Source of the DNA: Octopus vulgaris
Taxonomy: Eukaryota
Length of the DNA stretch: 64,000 bases
Assembly: GCA_951406725.2 (NCBI GenBank)
Contig: OX597822.1
Location: forward strand, 5,208,001 to 5,272,000
Reading direction: 5' to 3'
Shown: positions 37,952 to 50,929 of the stretch, one piece after another
How the letters are laid out: each line of letters begins with the position of its first letter
How positions within the stretch are numbered: position 1 is the first letter of the stretch
The notes under the pieces: model-generated
Told to the model about the DNA's origin: nothing
What the model saw: the letters and a program-made list of their open reading frames with translations, nothing else
Databases searched by the model: none
Made by a program: the position numbers and the translations under genes

Positions 37952-37987
37952 ATAGTAATAGTAGTAATACACACACACACACACACA
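37662..37987. repeat. Compound (ATT)n-(AGT)n-(AC)n microsatellite
   Basis: Direct reading. Confidence 0.95.
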
Positions 37988-37994
37988 GAGTCAA

Positions 37995-38310
37995 GGAATA
38001 TGGCTCAGTGATTAGGGTGTCACACTCACAATTACAAAATCGTGGTTTGATTCCCAGATGAGGTGTTGTGCTGTGTTCACAATGTGTTCATGAGCAAAAC
38101 ACGTCATTTCATGTTGCTCTACAATCAATTCATCATCTGACATGTGGCATGTTGCGCACCTGTACAGGTAATGTCAATTTGATGGCAGGAGTAAGCTTAT
38201 GTGAACACAAACATTTGATCATTGTAAAGAAATCATATGTGTGGTTCTTCAATAAGAAATTGCAGAACCCTCATATGTTGTATAACAATGGGAGTGTCCA
38301 TGGCGCATAT
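37995..38310 (+). mobile_element. tRNA-derived SINE (family-F-like head, different body)
   Basis: TGGCTCAGTGATTAGGG..GGTTTGATTCCC..GTGTTCATGAGCAAAACAC. Confidence 0.6.
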
Positions 38311-38970
38311 ACATAAATGTGTGTTGGGGGAGAGGGTGCATACGTGCATGTGCATTGTGCATGCATATAATTTTGCAGCCGACCCTGAACTATAAAAACA
38401 TCAACAACAGAAAGAGATGACTGCTTAAGAATTTGGTACATTCTTCTTCATCATTGATTTAATGCATACTTTTCAAAACTTGCACAGACCAGAGGGGACT
38501 TGTGGATTTTTTTCTATGGATAGGTGCTCTTCCTGCCACCAATCCTCAACCATATTACTGGTACTATTTTGTTAACACTCAAGTGAACAAACAACAGGTA
38601 ACAGATACCTGAGCACAATCTGAATTGAGAAGCCACTATGATGGTATAAAACATCAGAATAGAAGGTTAAATATAGTATTTAAAATTATGGCAACTTGTA
38701 AAGGTGAAGAAGGTCACAAGAAAATCTCTAAGCATAGGATAGATTGCTCTGCAGTAAATTGTATTAGAAAGCTCCTTGTCTGAAACTTTCTCATCAGAAA
38801 CTACATAACATACCATTAAAATATGCCTGTATTCTGAAGTGATGTCTACTCTCGTTTTAATATCTATCAGAGGTAAAGGACAATAATTAACCATTAACTT
38901 CTTAATATCACTATTCTCTCAGATGACACGAGACATGAATATTTCTATTTTTATGGCTTTTCCGCTTTTA

Positions 38971-39007
<37 letters not shown>

Positions 39008-41144
39008 CTCTCACTCTCTCTCTCTCTCTATATATATGTATATATATATATATGCATATACATGCACAATGTTCTGTGAGTGTAAACACATAGATAGAGC
39101 AACATTTATGTACATATACAAACACACCCTGCTGCGCATTTTACAAGTTAATGGCTACTGAAAACAATATACAGATCAAATAACATGTCTGGTATCCGAA
39201 TATATTTGGTTTCTTATAAAACTTTGCAGCTATCTTTGCTGTAAATTATAAGGATTAGAGATTTAGTAATCTTCAACTATCAATTTATATGGAATTCATA
39301 ACTATAATCAAACCCAAATACATACACATTGAGAATAATAAAAATAATTCAAATAAACTAATTTACATGCACAGAGCTCAAGTTTTGTATGATGACTGAA
39401 GGGAATAAAGTTTATGACTGAAATTGATCAAAATGCTTCAGGTTCAAGTTCTATTGCCAGCATTGGTCATAAAATCAGAAAATCTTACTCACTTTCTATC
39501 TACAACTTAAGTTAAAGAAAGGACTGATTCCTGTACAATTACCGAAGAGATAAATAAAAAGCAGAGACACATCTAGCTCTTTTAATATGTTTCAATATTT
39601 CATATGCTGCTTTCCATATTTGTGAGTGCCAGAACAAGTACTACTGGCCAAGCCTTGGAATTAGCTTCCGTTTCCATCTGAACCTAATTAATTTCACCTG
39701 CACCCTTAAAACATTACAATAAGGTATGAACCACAAACCACGCAATTCTATTCTCATTCTCCTTTCTCAAGAATTTATTTTTCTCCAAAAATATTTTGTT
39801 ACACAGGATGCTATTTTTCCATTTTCTGTATTCCAAATATTTTGTTGCATTTGTTTATTTTATTTCCCAATAAAGCCCCATAGCAACAACCTTCTATCTC
39901 ACACAACTCTACACCATTTCACATACAAACATATCTAAAAGTATACACATATAAATAGAATCTTTATTCCTTTTATATTAACGGGGGTGAAGACTTATTT
40001 ACTATATTCTCTTAAAATTATTAAATATCTTTTATATTTTTTGTTTCCACACTTCTGTTTTATGGTTTTTACATCTATTTTTATCAATGTTAACATCACA
40101 AATTGGCTGCATAGGCATATTATATCTATTTATTATCTATTTTTTTTATTAATTCTAGCTTCATAAATTGACTAGATCAGATAAATTGGATATTTGCACA
40201 TGAACTGATACACCTCTTTCTTTTGTTTTCTCTCCCCCCACCTGTCTCTCTATGTCTACAACAATATTTTTTTTCCTTGTAATAAAAATCTAACTGTAAA
40301 GTGTGAATGTTACCATATTTTTTAAGGTAAGTTAACTATGTTAAGTTGAGTAAAGTAATTTGTATCAGTCCATACCCTTTCTACCTACTTACACAAGAAG
40401 AATGATGCTTTTGATTTTGAACTCACCCACTGAGAATTTAACAAGAAAACTGTGCAGCGATGTAGAACTTGACATAGATGTCAAATTATGTACATCATAA
40501 TAACCATGTGTCACAACATGATAGAAAGAGTTTGAAAGAATGATATATGATATGACAAATTTTACTAAACATCTTTGTAGGAAGGAATCTGAAGCTATCA
40601 TTCATATGATGGAATGATAGCTTTTGTTCAAGTTTTTGTTGTTTTAACTTTGGCAAACAAAGTAGCCAAATCTACCAAATGACAATAGAAGATGATGTTA
40701 GCAATGATGTTGGGAACAATTTTGAAGAGGCTGATGATGCTGATAATGATATTAGTTTATGGCAAATGGTGCAGTGTACTAGAGTAATAAATTTCCAGCA
40801 ACAAGTGGACCAACTAGGTTCAATTCTTAGTCATTAATTTGCATTTTGTGCTAAACTGATAATTCTTATACATCTATATTAATAAACACAAAATTCTGTT
40901 TGTCCGTCCAGGAGTCCTGCATCTCAACCTATATTTACTCTTCATAGACATATATCTTTATAGAATCAGGATGATCACATCATTGAAAATTTGTCCTTCA
41001 TTTGGTTCTTGAACTCCCAGCATTGGGATCTGATTTAAAAGCATTTGGGTTTATATTCCTACCAGGTGGAGTAACTGCCATAGTATTACTGAGATAAGTG
41101 AACAAGAGTTACTTCTCTTAAAGTTTTACTAAGGAATTTAGTGG

Positions 41145-41350
41145 TTCTTTTATTTTTTTCAGTCATTAGACTATGGCCACGCTGGTGCACCGCCTTGAAG
41201 AATTTTAATTAAACAAATCAACACCAGTTCTTTTTCTTATGCCTGGTACTTTTTTTATTGGTCCCTTTTATCGAACTGCTATGTTCTGCGAATGTAAAAA
41301 CACCAACACCAGTTATGAAGCAGTGGTGTGGAACAAACACAGACACAAAG
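41145..41350 (-). mobile_element. SINE-B 3' half
   Basis: CAGTCATTAGACTATGGCCACGCTGGTGCACCGCCTT is the reverse complement of the SINE-B tail. Confidence 0.75.
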
Positions 41351-41556
41351 CCACAATACAGGAGCTAGCTTAAAAGTCCATATGGAATACAGCTTTTCAG
41401 TTAGTGTATATATATACATATACACATTTTATTAAAAGTATATATAGCATTTGTGAAGATTTTTTCAGCTTTAATAAAAAGCATATCATTTTATCTTTGG
41501 TATTCAAGTACTAAGGGACAGAGAAAAAGGGAAACAGAAAGGGGAGAGAGACAGGA

Positions 41557-42160
41557 GGCACAAGTATGGTGGCGTGGTTAAGAAATTTGCTTTGCAACCA
41601 TGTGATATTAGGTTCAGCTCCACTGCACAGTAGCTGGGGCTAGAATCTTCTGCTATAGTACCATCCAATCCATGCCTTGTGAGTGAATTTGGTAGATGAG
41701 AGCCTTGCAGAAGTCATGCATGTGTGTGTGTCTGCATGCACACTTGTGTTTGTCTTTGTCTTACGACTTGGCAACTGGTGTAAGTTTGCTTTTGTCCCTG
41801 TTTCTTAGCAGTTCAGTAAAAAATGGTTGATAGAATAAATACTAAGCTTTAAAACATAATGAGGTTCAATTGACCAACCGTGAAAACAAAAATGCCCTTC
41901 AAAGTGGTGACCCAGCATACCATAGTACAAAGACTTTACATTCTAAGTTCAAACCCCACCGAGGTAGACTTTGCCTTTTGTTGAGAACTGGAGTTGATGC
42001 AATCAATTAGCCCTACCCCACCAAAATTACAGGTCTTAGCACCACCATCACCCATTATCATCATCATTAAGAGATATTAACTTTGCTTTTCCCCTCTTAC
42101 AGATCTCTAAAATAAAGTGCCAGTGGTTGATAAAACCAATTATTCATTTTCTTGAAACAT
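41557..42160 (+). mobile_element. Degenerate SINE-B followed by SINE-A fragments
   Basis: GGCACAAGTATGG..GGTTCAGCTCCACTGC..GAGTGAATTTGGTAGA; then TTACATTCTAAGTTCAAACCCCACCGAGG..GACTTTGCC. Confidence 0.7.
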
Positions 42161-42194
42161 TACTATTATCATTATTATTATTATTATTATTATT

Positions 42195-42740
42195 GAGTGA
42201 GAGAGCAGTTCATGCCATCAAAGTGACACTGGGGTAAAATATACGAAGCCCAGTATATCCATCATGACTACCCATCTGATAAGGGTACACCAGGCACATG
42301 CATCACAACCATATGTGTGCGACATGGTGATCTCATATCACGGTAAACAGTGCATGACCTTGCAGGTGGGGCCCAGTTAGAATTTTCTTCAGGTCGAGTA
42401 GCCCATCCTGCTCAAAAGGTCCCTGAATAAGGGTTGTTTAAGGATGTTGAAAGAACCACCCATGCTTCCAGAGGTGAATTATTCAAACCCCAAAGAATCC
42501 CTCTTAACACATGGCTATGATGCTCCCCCACTACTTCTGCTCGTGATCAGAGATGCACATATCGTCAGCCACTAAGGGACAGGCTCAACTGTTTAATGTC
42601 AAACAACTGACAAGCAAATCTGTGGTATTGAGCAGAATATTTGCTGTAGCCCATCTTTTATACCAAGACAAAACAATGTACATGATAACACTTCCAATCA
42701 GTTAAGATCAGAAGACATGAGAGCCACTGCCTGGTACTGC
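42195..42740 (-). mobile_element. ~545-bp insert in an (ATT)n tract, probably a 5'-truncated non-LTR retroelement
   Basis: Sharp, GC-richer block with (ATT)n on both sides; the minus strand ends in CACTC(AAT)n. No family motif confidently recognised. Confidence 0.55.
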
Positions 42741-43180
42741 TATTATTATTATTAGTAGTAGTAGTAGTAGTAGTAGTGGTAGTATTAGTATTATTATTAT
42801 TGATGTGTTTGTTATGATGATGATGATGATGATTATATGAAGAAAATGTAGAAATTTCTAATTGGAATTTATTAAGATATTAAACAAAACTTTCAGTAAA
42901 ACAAAATACGCGAACATTGTCAGACTTAAGTCAGCTAATTCATTATCTTTTGAAATACAAGCCATAATTCTATGCTGTATCAAAGAAAAGTAAAAAAATG
43001 AATAATATTTGAACAGTAAATGTATTACAAATATTAATGAGGACAATAAATTATCTTTGTACAAGATATGTTGTCAACATAATATTTTGGGTAAATCATG
43101 TAATGTTTGGTAACTGTTTAATAATACACCTGTTTTGGACACTGATACTGCGGTGGGTTTATGTATGTACTCATACAGGT

Positions 43181-43525
43181 ATCATCATCATCATCATCAT
43201 TTAACAACTGTTTTTCATGCTGGTATGAGTTGGATGGTTTGATAGGAGCTGACAAACCAGAGGGCTGCACCAGGTCTCAGTCATTTGTTTTGGTATGGTT
43301 TCTATGGTTGGATGATCTTTCTAATGCCAATCACTTTACGGAGTGCACTGGGTGCTTTTATGGGCTCTGGCATGGATGCTATTTATGTGGCAAGGATAAG
43401 CCTTACACGGTGCCAGCACAGGTGGTTTTTACATGACAGTGGTGAGGGTGCTTTTTAGGTGGTGCCAGTACAGTTGCTTTTTGTTTGACTCCAGCATGGC
43501 TGTTTTTTTTATGTGGCACCAGGAC
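43181..43525 (-). mobile_element. RTE 3'-UTR element with an expanded internal tandem unit
   Basis: (CAT)n-TTTAAC..CATGCTGGTATGAGTTGGATGG..TTCTAATGCCAATCAC, then repeated GGTGCTTTT units. Confidence 0.75.
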
Positions 43526-43788
43526 CTGTAAGGTCGCTAAATGGATCACAAGACAAGGTGGTCATAACTGAGAGAGAGAGAGGAACTGAGAGAAGTGGCT
43601 GTGTGCCAGGCAAGAGGTTAGAGTATGACAGAGGGTCAAGAATAGCAGTCTTACTACAGAGGAGATACTTGGCTACCCAAGTAGAACAAGGAAACAGAGG
43701 GGGAAAGAGGAAGAGAGAAATAATGTAAAAAATTTATGTACATAGATTGCTGCATAGTACATCATGACATATTTGTATATGCAGATAT

Positions 43789-43981
43789 ATCATCATCATC
43801 ATCATCATCATTTAGCGTCCACTTTCCATGCTAGCATGGGTTGGACGGTTCAACTGGGGTCTGGGAAGCCAGAAGGCTGCATCAGGCCCAGTCTGATCTG
43901 GCAGTGTTTCTACGGCTGGATGCCCTTCCTAACGCCAACCACTCCGTGAGTGTAGTGGGTGCTTTTTATGTGCCACCCGCA
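43789..43981 (-). mobile_element. RTE 3'-UTR element, well preserved
   Basis: (CAT)n-TTTAGCGTCC..GGCTGGATGCCCTTCCTAACGCCAACCACTCC..GGGTGCTTTTTATGTGCC. Confidence 0.85.
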
Positions 43982-44063
43982 CATATATATATACACACAC
44001 ATCCTCAAATATTGATATTTAAAGAATAATAAAACAGCCTTAGTGGTTACTGAAGGTGATTAA

Positions 44064-44278
44064 CCCTTCCATTCCAACTCACCTGAGACTGCTCCTAATT
44101 TTGTGACACTAAGTTTGTGTTTAACAGTGATTTAAATTCTAACCTTCAATTAGAATTTCATTATATTTATGTTCCTAACACCAGTTAAAGATTTACAGAT
44201 ATTTTACTAAATTCTCATTATCTTTAATTAATTAAAAGAAAGACAGTGTATTTCAACAGATACATAATAACAAAAGGG
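44064..44278. mobile_element. piggyBac-like MITE, family E
   Basis: TTAA TSDs at 44060-44063 and 44279-44282; termini CCCTT / AAAAGGG. Confidence 0.8.
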
Positions 44279-44778
44279 TTAAAAAATAATAAAAAAAAAC
44301 AATGCAGAAAAACACTGCTTTGAGTGTTTTAACTAGCTGACAGAATAGCAATCTGCCTCAGGTAACATTCACAGACTTATTAATTATTTTTTTTTTCCTG
44401 ACATTACAGTGGAATGGAGCAGATAGAACTTGGTGTACTGAATAAACTCATACCTAAATGCTGCTAGACCATTACCATGATTTTTCACTCATTTTAATTT
44501 ATCGAAATATACAGAATAATTTCATGTAAACCATATAACTTGTGCTTATGTATACACACATACATGCACAAATTTATGCAATTATAAACACACAAAACGA
44601 ACACAAATATACTCATATACATACACACAAAAAAAACCCCCACAGAAATACACTCATGTTGATACCTAATTATGCGTATGTATACATAACCACACACACA
44701 CATACACACACAGATTAAATAGTGATTAAAAAAAGCCGTATATATTCAATTAGCTCTAATGAGTTATCTTAGAGATAC

Positions 44779-44819
<41 letters not shown>

Positions 44820-45189
44820 AACATCACATCAACTGATAGATTGATTTGCAAGGAAAAAGAAATGGCAATAGACATTAACAAACATATGCAAATATGTACA
44901 CTGATTATGTTTACTCTGCCACATTATGAACACTACCACCACCACACATACAGCATCTGCAAAAGAAAAAAAACAAAAAGAAGGCAAACTAAAATGTATA
45001 AAGACAGTGACACAACACATGTGCAAGCACACATAGTGAGTGAAAGGTGGAGGAGAGGGATCAGAGGAAGAAAGTGATAAGAAAAGAAGGAAGGAAAGAG
45101 ATATAAATACTTCTCTATATCTCTTTCTGTCAACATCTCTATGTTTCTCTTTCTCTCATACCCACCACTCTCTTTCAATACACATGCAA

Positions 45190-45220
<31 letters not shown>

Positions 45221-46284
45221 GTGTGTGTGTGTGTGTGTGTGTCTGCATGCCGCTGTCTTTGAAAGAGATACTAGATTGAGAGTGAGAGAGAGAGAGAGAG
45301 AGATAGAGAAACAAGTGTGGAGTAAAACAAGAGAAAAATAAGAGGACACGAGAGAAAGATAAATGAGAAAAAGAAAGAACTATGTACTTAGATGTAAGCA
45401 TACACACATTTCCGTCAATGCAATCAATATACACAAATATAAACAGTTACCCACAAATACACACAAACACACAAGTTTTTATTGGAAGTTTTACTGCTAG
45501 CACCAAAAACTTTTGTGTGAAAGTAGGATATTATTTTGATAACATGAAAACATACTTTTATTTCCTTCTGTGTTTCTTTCTTTCTTTTTTTTGTATTTTC
45601 TTTTCCTCCTTTCTTTTCTCATTTCAAAGGAATAACACATTTGTGTCGGAGGTTGATTCCTTATCTTCTTGAAATAAGTGCTGCTATTGATTTAAAGTAA
45701 TTAAATCGTTTGCAAACAGAATTACTATCTGTGTTGAGTGTTGTAATGGGTCATGAAAAAGCCACAGCTGAGTGAGTTGATGTGATGTTCACCTCGCAGT
45801 CAAAGGTGTCAGAGTTTATAATGCAACATTGGTGCAATATTGCCCATTAGTTGGGTCTTCCCTGGCTGTAAATAGGTGCAATGATATGTGGGAGTGGTAC
45901 AGCTCATCACATTGCTGTAAGCAGCAGTTAACTTATTTATATCGTGAGTATCTCATTAGCTTGCCAGTCTGGGTTCAAATTGTCCCATGAGTACAACTTA
46001 CAGAGTGAGAAACAAACTCTAACATGCAGATTTATATATATATATATATATACTTAATAGCTTATGAGACTTGTTCAATAGGTTACAATATCAATTATAT
46101 TGGTGCCTGATTTAATTTGGTGACCTGAAAAGTAGTGGGTGGGGGTTTCTTTATTTTAATAAATGTATCTACCTTGAAAAATCATTGGCCTGAACAAATC
46201 ATAAGATACATCAAGAATAGATTTGGACCATATTTGCCTTGGTTTCTACATTTTGCTAAAATTAAGTATTTAGGCACATAAATA

Positions 46285-46439
46285 TGGTAAAATGGTTGCG
46301 TGGTAAGAAGCTTGCTTCCCAACAACATGGTTCTGGGTTCAGCTATATGGCATGGCACCTTGGGCAAGTGTCTTCTACTCTAGCCTCAGGCCAACCAAAG
46401 CCTTGTGAATGGATTTGGTAGATGGATACTGAAAAAAGC

Positions 46440-46485
<46 letters not shown>

Positions 46486-46703
46486 CATACATTTGTGTGT
46501 CTGTGTTTGTCACCCCCCCCCCCTTGATAACCGATGTTGGTGTGTTTATGTCCCTGTATTTTAGCAGTTTGGCAAAAGAGACTGACAGAATAAGTACTAG
46601 GCTTACAAAGAATAAGTCCGAGAGTCAATTTGTTCAACTAAAGGCAGTGCTCCAGCATGGCTGCAGTCAAATGACTGAAACAAGTAAAAGAATAAAAGAA
46701 AAG
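46285..46703 (+). mobile_element. SINE-B
   Basis: Aligns end to end with 26937-27325. Confidence 0.9.
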
Positions 46704-47294
46704 AATATATGCATATATATTCGAATTATGAAAGTAGTCCATGCTTGTATACAATAACTGTAAGCAAGGATAAGATTGGCAGCAAATGTAAGGAAGAATT
46801 TTATATACAATAGACAATTGCTTTTGGAACTGGGTGTTCTTAAAAATTTAGATAATAGCCACAACTATTACTGCTGTTTTCATCACAATACATACATCTG
46901 TTTTCCATGCTGATATAGGTTGGACTAAAATCATTCATGATGATGAATCTTTTCTTTTGCAGAATCTTTCCTAAAACGTATCAAAGAAAGCTTTAAGCCT
47001 TGAACAGTGTACAATATAGCAAAGATCAGTCTTGTTAAAAAAGATAGAGTACAAAATCTCAGAGATTCTTAGGTGGTGTTGCTCAATGTATAGGAAAAGA
47101 TTTAGTCAAAATTCAACACTGTACACACAATACTAACAGTGGGTGCACACCGAGTGGCTAATTAGCAGAGGAAGAAGGAATTTAGATGAAGAAGAATAAC
47201 AATATACTCTACTTCATTAGCTAATACCATTATGAAAAATAATGGATGTTAAAATGGGGATAATGAGGAATATGATAATAATAAGTGTGTTTAA

Positions 47295-47691
47295 CTCTTT
47301 AGCATTCAGGTCATCTTATCAAATGTGATGCTTATTAATTTACATTCATCATCATTTAACGTCCGTTTTTATATGCTGGCATGGGTTGGAGTGTAGTAGG
47401 TGCCAGTTACACAACACTGGTTTTGGCCACTATAATCTTATTTGGTTCGACAGGTCATCTTAAGCACAGTCTACTGCCAAGGGTCTCAGTCACTTGTCCT
47501 TGCCTCCGTAAGGCCCAAAGTTTGAATGGCGCTTATCGAGCATCATTTCAGAGCTTTGTTATTTTGATGATATGATTGTTTATCTTTAGAATGACATTGT
47601 AGGGTAGGTGTGATAGACCAGATCTGGCTAGTCTTAACATAAAACAGGTTGAATATTTTGGCTGGATATGACTAGTTTCAACACTAAAGGA
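47295..47691. mobile_element. MITE family D carrying a minus-strand RTE 3'-end insertion (~47347-47534)
   Basis: TTAA at 47291-47294 and 47692-47695. The insert begins with (CAT)n-TTTAACGTCC and includes the reverse complement of LGLTEAR.SD.DPW. Confidence 0.8.
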
Positions 47692-49496
47692 TTAAATCTG
47701 GGTCTATGAGTCATGATGCATGAAAAACAGTAAAATAGTGACTCACTCAGACTCAACTTCAAATATAAAAATAAGCCCACTCTATCTAACAGTATTGAGA
47801 ACATCCTTCAGCTTAATTGCTTTTCAGTGAAACTTCTGGCCAGTATATACTTGTTTGTTCATTTTATGTCAGTTTTCCCCTCACCATGGGTGAAACAAAT
47901 ACATGTTATTGAGGTATTTTTTAACAGTCATATGTCCCTCCTGTTATTAACCTTACATGCTTATCAAGTAAGTAATCCTTCTTTTATTTATTTACTCTTT
48001 TCTATTCTAATACATCTTCAAAAGTTAAAAGCTAGCAGATGATTTGCTGAGGAATTATCACCATTTATAGGCCAAAATTATTTTTATGCAATCAGAGACT
48101 GTAAGCATTCACACACATACAAACGCAGTGAGTTTCATACAGTTTCCATTTAAAATAAATTCTAAGTCAAATATCAATGAGATGAATAATACAAAGTCAA
48201 TGGGTACAGTATTTCAAACAGAATAAAAGTTATTCAGAAAGAATCTCTTTTTCTCCCCATCTCTTTTTCACACGTACACAATATAAGACCTTATGATTAT
48301 ACAAACAAAATAATCACACTCCTAAAGGAAAATCATGAGTATCTTTATTAATATTAGATACTCAAAATATTCACACTGCTTATTGACAGAAGGTTTCAAA
48401 GAAGAATTTCATCAAAGGAAAATTTTAGCATTGTAATTTTGAATTTCTATGTACACATGTCTGTAGAGCAATTCAGCTTATGGTTGCTACCCAGGTTTCG
48501 AGGAACAAAATTAAACTTCTTAGAATCTACCCAGGAACTCAATCACATTAACTATTAGCAGAAGATAATAGTGGACACTGCTTTTATACCACAAGCACTG
48601 ATAAAAACAAAAATCAAAGAACACAATTATGACCATTGATCTCTTGAGTTGAGATGAAACGATAAAATTTGGTCGTGAGCCGAGATGAAAGCTAAAGCCA
48701 CTTAGTTTAGGAGCTTAATATGCCAGCAACTTTACTAATCTACAATATCAGATGATCATTCATATTTATACAAAAGAAACATTTATGGAGTTTCATAATG
48801 TTTTTATGAAACAACTGACCTACGTTTGATTAATGTTTGTGTGTGAATTTCCCTAGATGTTAATTACCTCAGCAGTTATCCTTACACATTTCACAAAACA
48901 GAAGATCATCCAGTTCCTTACAAGTAGGTATATGAAACATCACTGTTCTGCTATAGCTTTAAATAGCTTATGAAGGAATATTTGAAAAGCAATAGTTATT
49001 GGCATCGTGTTGAAACTAGAGGAATAAAGAAAGAGAAAAATCTAGACAATAATTCAGCATACACATAGAAGCTGTCCATTTATAGTATAGAATTAATAAG
49101 AAAATTATACAATAGATATTATAATATTATCTTGATCTATTCAATAAGTTTTGTAAGGCAAGTGCTCTTCTCTTACTCTTCTCCTTATCTTTTGCCTCTT
49201 TATTTCCTCAAAATTAAGCTATCAAAACTTCACACATGATATGAATAAACAATCTCTGTCATCATTATTAGTATTACAGTTATTGTAATTAATTTTATTT
49301 ACACTGTTAAAGTGCTTTAGAAAAGCATGAAAGTCACTGGTTCACATTTCTCTCTCCCAGTGAAAAGACAGTTGTTCTTAGAGAAAGCAATTTTATTAAA
49401 GTGATTTTAGAGTGACCTTTACATGACAATATTTTTCTTTCTCATAAATAGGATTTAGGTATAATCACGAAATTACACAGACATAATTATCAATAA

Positions 49497-50010
49497 CTAT
49501 TTCTAATTTAGGTATATGAATAGCAATTCAAAGGAGAGGGTACTATCAATAACATTGACCCTGCACTTGTGGCATTTTTTATTTCATTGCCCTAAAATGT
49601 GAAATGTACATTTGAGCTAGGCAGGATTTGAACCCAAAACACTAGGAGCTAAAAAAAAATTCTACAAGCCATTTTGTCCATTGATTCTACCAATCTACTA
49701 TCTTGTAATTATATAACATAATAATAATAATAATGATGATAATAATGATAATAATAATAATAATAATAATAATAATATTACTTCTTTTTATTTTTGAAGG
49801 TAGTGGGTTGGCAGAATCATTAGTTTTAGAAAGAATGCTTTATGGTATTTATTCTGGTACTTTATTTTCCAAGTTCAAATCCTTCTGGAGTAAACTTTGT
49901 ATTCCCTCCCTCAGCAGTTGATAAAATTAAGTAACAGTCATGTACTGGGTCAATGTAATCAACTAACCTCTTCAACTCAAAAACTGCTGGCCTTGTGCCT
50001 AAAGCGGAAG
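49497..50010. mobile_element. Head-to-head SINE-A pair (minus ~49497-49703, plus ~49797-50010) around (AAT)n
   Basis: Opposite-orientation copies of the SINE-A motif set. Confidence 0.7.
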
Positions 50011-50881
50011 TTATTATTATTAACATGACATAATTGTTGATGTGTCACTTTAAGATCAAAATCAATTACTGTAGAGTTGGAGGTGGTGGTGGTGGTGGTG
50101 GTGGTGTGTGTGTGTATGGGGGGGGGGGGTCGGAGTTAGAGTCAGTTAAATCATCTCCAATATATTCTGATATTTATTGTTTTGTGAATACTGTCAAGAA
50201 CCCCACTTCTCTACAGAATAACAGTACAGTGTTAAGTTGAACAAACTGGCTCTAATTTTTTATATGAAACCACTTACCTTGCTAATACCTTAGAGAAAAT
50301 ATATGAATATCAACAAATTAAGTTACTTTCCATTTATAATTCTGAGGATTCATTGCCCATTATGAGAAATCATCATTAAAACGCTGTCTCTTATACTTGT
50401 TTGCTATATACCATTAATAAAATACTTTATCATTCTTACAAATCAGATACTAGCAGTTATTAGTCAATATAAATGATTTCTCTATACAATTTTACTACCC
50501 TCTATGTTTATGTATTTTGTATGTTTGGTTGTTGTTGCTGTTATTGTTAATATTTCTTTTTTTTTTTTTCTTTTTTTGTTACACCAGCCTATTCATTGAA
50601 TTATTTGTGACATATATTAACAACTACTTAACACATTATTCTACCTCTCGAATAACACAGATTTTCCTCAGCAAAAAATTCCACTTCTTCGGACATTAAT
50701 TGAGAAAGCTCTCAAGTCAGGAAATCATGGAAGACAAGTTTCCTAATTTGATAGTGTCATATGAGAGAACATAACAAATTCCAAAAGTATAAAGAAAATA
50801 AAAATAAATGGAATAAATTCTACACTGCCTAACTACTTGAACAAAATAGCGTATTAAGAAAATAAAAAATATGACTATTGA

Positions 50882-50929
<48 letters not shown>

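Noticed and set aside
40679-40837. Acidic plus-strand ORF MTIEDDVSNDVGNNFEEADDADND..
   Set aside because: Composition is explained by a decayed (GAT)n tract; no splice support.
50079-50133. G-quadruplex-capable (GGT)n/poly-G tract
   Set aside because: Ordinary microsatellite with no contextual evidence of function.
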